A stretch of 64,000 nucleotides of DNA from an uncultured Pelagibacteraceae bacterium (lineage in GTDB: Bacteria; Pseudomonadota; Alphaproteobacteria; Pelagibacterales; Pelagibacteraceae), in contig CACGHU010000001.1 in assembly GCA_902572945.1 (NCBI GenBank), positions 12,675 to 76,674 of the forward strand. The letters run 5' to 3'. Positions 57,501-64,000 of the stretch are shown here, piece by piece (the stretch's first letter is position 1; each line of letters opens with the position of its first letter). The notes below the pieces were generated by a model, which was not told the origin of the DNA, made no database searches, and worked only from the letters and a program-made list of their open reading frames with translations. Made by a program: the position numbers and the translations under genes.

Positions 57501-59473
57501 ATTGTTTCTTCACATTCATCTGCACCATCTACATCGCAAGATCCAGCTTTTGCAAACCTATCAAATATTGGTTTTGCAACACCATCTTGGTAAGCTCCTC
57601 CATACGCTATAAATAATGTCCTGACACCTAATTCTTGTCTTATTTCTTTAATTTTAGGAATAGAATTAGTTTCGTTAAACATTCTTCCATCACCAATAAC
57701 AATTACGTAGTTTAATTGACACGATTTTGTAGGGTCAATAATGTTTGTCTCATCATCAGCGTCCATATAATATCCATGAGCTATATCTGCAAAGGCATTT
57801 GCATCCGTTGCAAATTTCATACCAAGACCAAGTAATACTTCAGGTATATCTTTAAAACCATCTGCATGCACTCCAACGTTTAAACACGAATGAACATTAC
57901 ACTGTTCTGATGTACCTTTGGGGTGTGCAGTACTATTATTCCAGCCATTTTGATAATATTTACATCCATCATTTTTGTGACAAAATCTTTCTCCTGGATA
58001 ATTATTTGTATTTCCCACATCTCTTTCCCCTCCATTCCAGTGACCAAATCCAAAATTTGCTCCCGCTTGTAAAGAACTGTCTGAAATAATATCTATAATA
58101 GCCTCTTTTGCTCCATCAAACCTACTTACTTTGGCTCCACCGTATTGACCCAGCCACATTGTATCTTTATCAGTATCATTAAATTTAGTTACATCCATTT
58201 TTTGAATCGCACCGTTTCTACTTCCAACGTATATATGTGTTGTATTAACATGAATATTTTCTGCAGTTTTCCTGTCGCCACCATTTACACCTGGTTCGCT
58301 AAAAGTTATTTCACTAGCTAGCACATTTCCTGCTTCGCCAGCTGTTTTTATACCTAATTTTCCTATTGATAGCTTAACTTCTACAGAAGGAGCATCATGA
58401 TCTACTTCAATTTTTTGAACCGTATGATCATGATGACTTGTAACAAATAGGATATTATTATTATTTTTTGAGGTCGCAACACTTGAGACATGATTCATGT
58501 CTCCTACTATTTTTGAAGTGCCAATCAATTTAGGCTTTGTGCTACCATCAGCTTTTATCTGCTCCTCATACTTGTTAGCATTACCGTTCTTCGGTGAAAC
58601 CGTAAAATCAGGCTGTTTACTAGGACATTTGTCTGTAGCATTAAGTGGAAATGACCAAAGATTACCTTTTCTTGCAAAGTAAACATGAGTACCATCTTTG
58701 TTAACGGCAAGTGTTCCGGACTTTTCTTTGCTAACAGTAACCAATATGTTGTCTTTGACGTTGCACTTATACCCGTTTGACTTAATTATACTCGAACCTG
58801 AACCTATATTCAGTACATAGAAGTAACCTACGAATACGTTTCTTCTACCCTGTCTTACGTTTGTGTGTCCTGAAACGAATAAATAATCATTACCACCAAT
58901 TGTTGCTATATCAATCATTCTTGGTTGAGCTATTCCATGCCAGCCATACGGTATTACGCCTACACATTTTCCATTACTATCAATTGCAACTACTTTTCCT
59001 TTTGGCGAATAGGCTGCAGCATAAATTGTACCATCAGACGAAATAGCTCCTGCTCTTGAATTGGTAATAAGTGAGTTTTTATTACCTGTTTTACAATCTG
59101 TATCGTTTGATTTACCAGTAAAATTTCTTTTATTTTTTGCGAATGTGTCGTCAAGTTTATTGTCAGCTACTGAAACTTTGACCAGACCTCTTCCCTGTTC
59201 AGCTATTATTATATCTCCATTTGATAAAGCTACACTCCAGTCAACACCCTCGAGTCCAAGGTAGCTTCCACCTGTAATAGATTTTTTCATACTTTTGGAG
59301 CTATCTAGAAGAAATAAAATATTTGCTGGAACGTCACCCTCTCCTGATCCAGGAGGGATCGGTTTCGAATAAGCTTTTGGAATTAATATTATAAGAGCTA
59401 TTATTAGTACAAAATTTACAAAGAAAGTATTTACTAAGAAATCTTTTATTTTATTTTTAATCTTATTCATCAT
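54521..59473 (-). CDS. pilY1: PilY1/PilC-like pilus tip adhesin (vWA domain plus C-terminal beta-propeller)
   Basis: N-terminal TM/signal; ILFLLDSSKSM MIDAS; LADIYHS, IYAGSNGGMLHAF...G.EEWAFVP, FGVDGSP, GETWSTP and SWRE terminus typical of PilY1. Confidence 0.85.
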   Translation of the reverse strand: MMNKIKNKIKDFLVNTFFVNFVLIIALIILIPKAYSKPIPPGSGEGDVPANILFLLDSSKSMKKSITGGSYLGLEGVDWSVALSNGDIIIAEQGRGLVKVSVADNKLDDTFAKNKRNFTGKSNDTDCKTGNKNSLITNSRAGAISSDGTIYAAAYSPKGKVVAIDSNGKCVGVIPYGWHGIAQPRMIDIATIGGNDYLFVSGHTNVRQGRRNVFVGYFYVLNIGSGSSIIKSNGYKCNVKDNILVTVSKEKSGTLAVNKDGTHVYFARKGNLWSFPLNATDKCPSKQPDFTVSPKNGNANKYEEQIKADGSTKPKLIGTSKIVGDMNHVSSVATSKNNNNILFVTSHHDHTVQKIEVDHDAPSVEVKLSIGKLGIKTAGEAGNVLASEITFSEPGVNGGDRKTAENIHVNTTHIYVGSRNGAIQKMDVTKFNDTDKDTMWLGQYGGAKVSRFDGAKEAIIDIISDSSLQAGANFGFGHWNGGERDVGNTNNYPGERFCHKNDGCKYYQNGWNNSTAHPKGTSEQCNVHSCLNVGVHADGFKDIPEVLLGLGMKFATDANAFADIAHGYYMDADDETNIIDPTKSCQLNYVIVIGDGRMFNETNSIPKIKEIRQELGVRTLFIAYGGAYQDGVAKPIFDRFAKAGSCDVDGADECEETIEASSPQQLKVVLESKIRQIIADRLSFTAPSVTATIQEGGAIYQAQFNYEPNGEWRGRLLRKAIRADNGAVEQDLDYADENGKNWDAGAKLLEKGSAGRKIWTVLEDPAAGYIGNWNNWRPKYRDQINNLFEFTGNVVEDYHNPSSFCGKGENGNLDDISGLINFIRGVDYFDYNAGCDIEEDRGSILADIYHSQLVEVGAPAANTVFQSNNSEAYYRSVSGYGGFKKALKDRPRMIYAGSNGGMLHAFNATDGSEEWAFVPPMIASQMPLIFNKAYDGKIKAPPGRTGKAGGSNAIFGVDGSPIIHDAKIFHLEANASGELEYSDVKRWRTLLMIPYGRGGAGFSVLDVTYPKIVSGDVDEDGNPVLDEDGNTVIGGQGPLHMFSIYNDTYNKRIVRVDHNGDINSFRYSGSSFDLSDSREAQRAEQNQTTARNNDGESETDFTNRDNIKDCQSDADYTTNFRTEGTNACYKGKTFTFTDVDLKPTAFSGNELQTGFLDVFIKDNDDWSRYEVGPGSTIQGKKDGDELILTFSSDKVFNDGEDTTEKTTRVKIESKCINAGTSNIKYDYSQMGETWSTPRILRVPQLDNNGNTTGSIQTDRYVAVMGAGYASTSRCSGSGIYLIDLEAGSELTEEIDDSGTGDDRGLTHEAGRLYGLFTGSETVSGAVRLLDSEPRDDADESTIVKESDIKNHVTATPVLITADVVTDVPWRGGLVYINDMEGKIIKLNLTTQGTFLEYQYLMNLGANSSNKRHSFFEMDAAIGTSTGNFWLFGGTGNFNRISEIDTELSLMDNIVYGIRDFDFPNFVGESLTTLPNTYDEAKAIEALNNTPLIDDQIVCANATGENFPTCSTSGSNLGWKYHLGVADGVNMKQSLTANDFRKTSGPPTIYRGKVYFPIYQPDKTDNCNLGTAYVCAHDDECGSLDSLHIDSSVAEGSCFEVGAGILSKLVVFGGRLFANLAGPTLDKDTLVEILATDKEYRSFRRSWRENF

Positions 59474-59969
59474 CTGCTAATGCTCTATAAAATTCACTAT
59501 TCGTTACTGCAACACTTTCGTAGATATAACCTCTATATTTTCTATAAAAATAATAAACTTGTTTGTTTTCTATCTCCCACATTTTATATCCTTGCCAGTC
59601 TTTACTTTCAGGGTCAACACTACCAAAGTTTGCAATTACATAATTTCTTACTAATTTGCTTTTACTTTCCTCGTTATCTGGTCCATTTTGAACTTCTATT
59701 TCAACTGCACCAACTTTTTTATTTAATATATATCCATTAATTAAAGCGTTACCTAATTCTACTTCTTCACAAAAAAATTCAATCGGACTATAAAATTTTG
59801 TTACATTATAAAAATCTGAAATATCCTCATCTTCTATTATGCCAAATATATCCTCTACGGTCGATTTATCTGCTCCAATATCAATATTTAACAAATTACA
59901 AGCCTTGCTTGATGCAGTCACTAATAAGTTAAACAAAAAAACAATAAAAATTAATTTTAAATTTCTCAT
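59463..59969 (-). CDS. Hypothetical exported protein in the minor-pilin operon
   Basis: Signal-peptide-like N-terminus, tightly packed between pilX and pilY1. Confidence 0.65.
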   Translation of the reverse strand: MRNLKLIFIVFLFNLLVTASSKACNLLNIDIGADKSTVEDIFGIIEDEDISDFYNVTKFYSPIEFFCEEVELGNALINGYILNKKVGAVEIEVQNGPDNEESKSKLVRNYVIANFGSVDPESKDWQGYKMWEIENKQVYYFYRKYRGYIYESVAVTNSEFYRALADDE

Positions 59970-59976
59970 ATATTTT

Positions 59977-60657
59977 TTATCCTGCTGAAGGTAGAACCAT
60001 AACGCTTTCCAATGGTATCACGACCTCATCATCGTTATACATTCCACAAGCATAAATTTTATATGCTGTACCCATAGTAACAACATCTACAGCTGTTGCA
60101 GCAATACTAGAGCCTTCCTCAGTATACGAAGCTCTACCCAAGTTTACCATAAAATATTCATAAGTATATTTTTTCAAAACATCTTTCTCTCTATCTATTT
60201 CTTTTGTACTTCCATCATCAACTGTAAGTTGACCAAAGATTGGTTCAATTAAATTATAAAAACTAACATTGCTGTTGTGTTTTACAACTGGCAAAGCTTC
60301 ATCGCTGTGGAAAGTTATATTTTTAAAACTATTGTAACAAGCAGATCTAGCAGATTTTTCAATTTTTTGATCATTACCTGGTGGCAAACCTTTTGTTGCT
60401 GGATCTCTAGAAGTCGTGCAACCATCGTCACCACATGTTGTTGTCCATTTACCTATAAAAGAATTAATTATGTCTTTTTCTGCCTCCAATAGAGCTGTTT
60501 CGGCAACGTAAAATGCTTGCTGATATTGGTCACTAGTATTATTTGCGCTATGATCACTAGAGGTAACTACAATTAATGAACCTCCCATCAGCGACATAAC
60601 CAACAAAAGCACAAGTGATAAAATTAAAGTAAATCCTTTTTCTCTTTTTCTTCTCAT
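59977..60657 (-). CDS. pilX: PilX-like minor pilin
   Basis: KG|FTLILSLVLLLVM (no Glu5) and QAFYVAETAL PilX N-terminal motif. Confidence 0.8.
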   Translation of the reverse strand: MRRKREKGFTLILSLVLLLVMSLMGGSLIVVTSSDHSANNTSDQYQQAFYVAETALLEAEKDIINSFIGKWTTTCGDDGCTTSRDPATKGLPPGNDQKIEKSARSACYNSFKNITFHSDEALPVVKHNSNVSFYNLIEPIFGQLTVDDGSTKEIDREKDVLKKYTYEYFMVNLGRASYTEEGSSIAATAVDVVTMGTAYKIYACGMYNDDEVVIPLESVMVLPSAG

Positions 60658-61646
60658 TAATTAATTCCTATATTTCTAGTAAAAATACTCACAACTACCG
60701 AGTCTCTCAAATATTTATCATCAACAAATTCTTGTGTTCTTTCCTCTGTCAAACCTTTAACTAATCTTGGCTTAGTTGATGAACCAGCTATCGCATAAAA
60801 ATCTTTTTTTGATCTGAAAGTTAATCTCATATCAACTTGTCTAATTCTATAAAGATCGGTACTGCTCTCGTTGATTGGTAAAGGATAAGTTTGGGTTGTT
60901 TCATTAAAAAGATGTTTGCCATTAGAGTCAAATAATAAAAATTCCATGTCAACTAAATGTGTTCTAACAAGTTGAGCAGGGTAACATTCCTCTGGAGAAG
61001 TAAACCAGTCTCCTTTAGGAGACTCAAGGTTCTCCACCCAACATTCCTTTGTTTTGTATAATGCGAATAATTTTTTGTCTGTTTGACTATCCATTCGATC
61101 TGCAAAATAAGTAATTCTATATTTTTTATATTTTTGCTTAGGATCTCTTTTATCAAAGTCTCCATAAACTACCGAAATTCTGTCACAACAAATACCACTT
61201 ATATTAGTTGTAACATCAATTGTATCTGATGCTTCAGTATCAGTAGTTTCTTCGTCAACTCGTACAATAGTTTCAACACCGTCTGCAGGTATGTAGCCTA
61301 AAATATTTCTCTCAACTATTAATGGGTCGTGACTATCAATTAGATCACGGCCTTCTTCTGTTCCTGATATGTGAGTTAAGTTTTCGAATGCTGGAATATC
61401 TTCAGTATTTTCACCATAATAATATTTAAATCCGGCTAGTCTAATATCTTTGACCATCATTCCAACTAAATCTCTAGATGATCTGCTTACACTTGCTTTG
61501 TCTACAACTTGATTATAACTATTATTAACAACGGTATAAGTTGAAAACAGAGCTCCCATCATCAAAGCTGTAACACATATACCTATCAATAATTCAATTA
61601 AGGATACACCAGCTATATTTTTTAAATGTTTATCAGTCAAACTCAC
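60657..61646 (-). CDS. pilW: PilW-like minor pilin
   Basis: AG|VSLIELLIG and DIRLAGF PilW motif. Confidence 0.78.
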   Translation of the reverse strand: MSLTDKHLKNIAGVSLIELLIGICVTALMMGALFSTYTVVNNSYNQVVDKASVSRSSRDLVGMMVKDIRLAGFKYYYGENTEDIPAFENLTHISGTEEGRDLIDSHDPLIVERNILGYIPADGVETIVRVDEETTDTEASDTIDVTTNISGICCDRISVVYGDFDKRDPKQKYKKYRITYFADRMDSQTDKKLFALYKTKECWVENLESPKGDWFTSPEECYPAQLVRTHLVDMEFLLFDSNGKHLFNETTQTYPLPINESSTDLYRIRQVDMRLTFRSKKDFYAIAGSSTKPRLVKGLTEERTQEFVDDKYLRDSVVVSIFTRNIGIN

Positions 61647-62394
61647 CTTCTTCCTTCGCTATATAATCTGCCTGAAAATATAAAAATTTTCTTTTTTTAC
61701 CACCGTTAGTATTTATTTGAATTCTTCCAATATAAATTTCATCATTATTTGATATTTTTGGATTTTGCACACAGTCGGCATCGGCACAAATTTTATAAAC
61801 TTTTACACTTTTAATATCATTGTCGTTTTTACATTTTAAATATCTGTCACTATTTATTATATTGCTCCATCGTGCCATTTTATTTCTTGGAGCACCTTTT
61901 TGAGTATCATTTAAATAAATACTTTTAATTTGTGACTTCGATAAAAATTTACCTTTATCTCCACTGCATGTTTGTGATTTCGACGAAGTTTCACCTGCAT
62001 CATTAGTTTCCTCTACTGTTGTCCCTGCATTCCATCCCCCTTCTAAATACTCAGCAAATTTCATAATGGTAGAAGAGTTTAAAGCTTTACCATTAGGCTC
62101 AACAGGTCTTCCACGTTCGTTTACATTTATTGTATTACGGTTAGGATCAATTCCATACAATTCATCACGAGCACCTAAAACATCCTCTGCGATTAAAGCA
62201 GTTATATAATTTATTTTTGTTCTTTCGCTTGAAACATCAATAGAGTTCACGGAATAATTTACTAATTGAAATACAGCAATAAATCCTATTCCTACAATTG
62301 CAGTTGATACTAATGCCTCAAGTAAGGTTAAACCTTTTATTGCAAAATTTTTAGCAGTTTTATTTATTGAATGTACCATGCTCCATTTGTCCAT
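61633..62394 (-). CDS. PilV-like minor pilin
   Basis: KG|LTLLEALVSTAIVGIG class III signal; position before pilW; true start may be 62379. Confidence 0.7.
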   Translation of the reverse strand: MDKWSMVHSINKTAKNFAIKGLTLLEALVSTAIVGIGFIAVFQLVNYSVNSIDVSSERTKINYITALIAEDVLGARDELYGIDPNRNTINVNERGRPVEPNGKALNSSTIMKFAEYLEGGWNAGTTVEETNDAGETSSKSQTCSGDKGKFLSKSQIKSIYLNDTQKGAPRNKMARWSNIINSDRYLKCKNDNDIKSVKVYKICADADCVQNPKISNNDEIYIGRIQINTNGGKKRKFLYFQADYIAKEEGEFD

Positions 62395-63053
62395 TTGCTT
62401 AACATTATATTACCAAATCTACTCCATTTTATCGAAAAATAATTATCACCATCTTCGTCAGATACAATAATTTCATCTCTCACATTTGTATCTCCTCCGC
62501 TTGATACTCGCATCAATGTATTGCCACTGTAATAAGATCCATCTTTTGAAAAACATACCATACCTACATCTGTCGATGAAAATTGAGTACTTATAGAGGG
62601 GTCATCGCCTGACGAGGTTGGGTAAGATAGTTTAATTTTATCACTTATCTCAATTGAGTTCACAGTAAGTTTATTACTTGTTTCGCCTTCATCATCCCAT
62701 ATCAATTCGTCTGAGCACCTAGTTTCAGAGTTATAAAAATTAGTTTCAGCCCCATCTTCTGTATACCTTTTTCTAACCAGTTCTGTAAAATTATCCATTT
62801 TCATGCCATTTGAATAAATCTTATCATTTTCTACAACAAATTGAACGAAACCATAATGACCTCTTTGTACTTGTGAGTAAATATCTTGTATAACGCTTGA
62901 AACTTGTAATGCTTGTGTTCTTACAAGTCTGTCCTTTCTCCATTTTTGAAAAGGTTGGAAACCAACACCCGCTAAGGCGCCAATTATGACAACCACAACT
63001 AATAATTCAAGTAATGAAAATCCTTTAACTTTCTTTTCCTGCATTCGCATCAA
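62364..63053 (-). CDS. FimT/FimU-like minor pilin
   Basis: KG|FSLLELLVVVVIIG signal; first gene of the minor-pilin block. Confidence 0.7.
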   Translation of the reverse strand: MMRMQEKKVKGFSLLELLVVVVIIGALAGVGFQPFQKWRKDRLVRTQALQVSSVIQDIYSQVQRGHYGFVQFVVENDKIYSNGMKMDNFTELVRKRYTEDGAETNFYNSETRCSDELIWDDEGETSNKLTVNSIEISDKIKLSYPTSSGDDPSISTQFSSTDVGMVCFSKDGSYYSGNTLMRVSSGGDTNVRDEIIVSDEDGDNYFSIKWSRFGNIMLSKWTNGAWYIQ

Positions 63054-64000
63054 TTTTTCCTGCTGTTACCAAGTTTTCTAAAGATTTAGACATTGTTATC
63101 ATTCCATCTTTAACAGCCGTTTGCATGATGCTTGGGATCTGATGAATTTTTGCTTCTCTTATTAAGTTTTGAATTGGAGCAGTACATTTCATTATTTCAA
63201 AAGCACCAACACGACCTTGACCATCTTTTGTTTTTAATAATCTTTGCGTAACAACCATTTTCAATGAAGTTGATAGTTGTGCACGTATTTGAGCTTGTTG
63301 CTCAGGTGGAAAAACGTCAATAATTCTATTTATAGTATTTGGAGCTCCACTAGTATGAAGTGTCCCAAAAACTAAGTGTCCTGTTTCAGCAGCTGTCAAA
63401 GCTAAACTTACAGTTTCTAAATCTCTCATCTCACCAACTAAAATTACATCAGGGTCTTCCCTAAGTGCCGCTTTAAGAGCGCTTGCAAAAGTTTGTGTTT
63501 GTTTACCAACTTCTCTATGTGAAACTATACTTTTCGAGTCGGTGTGAATAAATTCAACAGGATCCTCGACTGTTATTATATTTGCGGTTCTTGTTTTATT
63601 AATTTCATTTACTATTGCAGCTAAAGTTGTAGATTTTCCTGATCCTGTCGGACCAGTTACTAAAACCAAACCTTTATGCATATCTATAATATCGTATAAA
63701 GCATCAGGCAAATCAAACTGTCCCATTTCAGGAATTTTGCTCTCTACTCTTCTTAGAACTGCAGCAGGTCCATTCAATGTTTTGTAAAAATTCGCTCTAA
63801 ACCGTAAACCACTTATTGTAACTGCTGAGTCTAATTCATGTGTATCTTGAAATCTTTTAGTCTCATGTTCGTTGCAATTTGTTGTAAGCATATCAATTAG
63901 ATCTTGCGGTTTAACCATTACATCTTTAACCATAATAATCTCACCTGTTTGTCTATATGCTAAAGGAGACCCAGATCTAATATGAAAATCTGAAATTTTT
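63025..64000 (-). CDS. pilT: Type IV pilus retraction ATPase PilT (5' end beyond window)
   Basis: Frame stays open to the window end (KISDFHIRSGSP...); GPTGSGKSTT, EDPVEF, ALREDPD, AETGHLVFGTLHT and PIQNLIRE (AIRNLIRE-like) motifs. Confidence 0.92.
   Translation of the reverse strand, partial: KISDFHIRSGSPLAYRQTGEIIMVKDVMVKPQDLIDMLTTNCNEHETKRFQDTHELDSAVTISGLRFRANFYKTLNGPAAVLRRVESKIPEMGQFDLPDALYDIIDMHKGLVLVTGPTGSGKSTTLAAIVNEINKTRTANIITVEDPVEFIHTDSKSIVSHREVGKQTQTFASALKAALREDPDVILVGEMRDLETVSLALTAAETGHLVFGTLHTSGAPNTINRIIDVFPPEQQAQIRAQLSTSLKMVVTQRLLKTKDGQGRVGAFEIMKCTAPIQNLIREAKIHQIPSIMQTAVKDGMITMSKSLENLVTAGKIDANAGKES

Noticed and set aside
1610-61165. Numerous 60-160 aa ORFs antisense to or nested in long genes (e.g. 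8121-8474, 24308-24637, 42181-42552, 48989-49465)
   Set aside because: They lie within well-supported genes on another frame or strand and show no recognisable motifs.

Overview
AT-rich, very compact bacterial DNA (roughly 30% GC by eye, minimal intergenic spacers). Gene content and style suggest a marine alphaproteobacterium of the SAR11/Pelagibacterales type (inference). The left half (1-34.6 kb) is nutrient scavenging and catabolism. It holds agmatinase, beta-oxidation genes, and a 12-kb cassette (family-5 ABC importer, two THF-dependent demethylases including a DmdA-like one, an FMN hydroxy-acid oxidase, a TPP enzyme and a variant transthyretin-like protein). It also holds a PotABCD-like importer with ectoine-hydrolase/EutA-like genes, acetoacetate-CoA ligase, a Liv-type importer and proC. 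The right half (34.7-64 kb) is a type IVa pilus locus (pilA, pilE-like, pilC, pilB, pilQ, pilP, pilO, fused pilM-pilN, pilD, pilY1, pilX, pilW, pilV, fimT-like, pilT). It is interleaved with a partner-switching signalling set (TPR/outer-membrane protein, FecR, CHASE2-PP2C, STAS, RsbW-like kinase, GAF-PP2C) with no sigma factor in the window. The most striking observation is that the PilM-PilN fusion carries an extra N-terminal domain resembling the arm-type DNA-binding domain of tyrosine integrases. Directly upstream lies an array of seven copies of TCTAACACAA arranged symmetrically (4 forward, 3 reverse, 20-22 bp periodicity), like integrase arm-type sites. Predicted periplasmic parts of the same locus carry long polylysine or histone-H1-like tracts. 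Two genes (EutA-like and pilD) are broken by +1 frameshifts in homopolymers. No rRNA, tRNA, CRISPR array or intact mobile element was seen.
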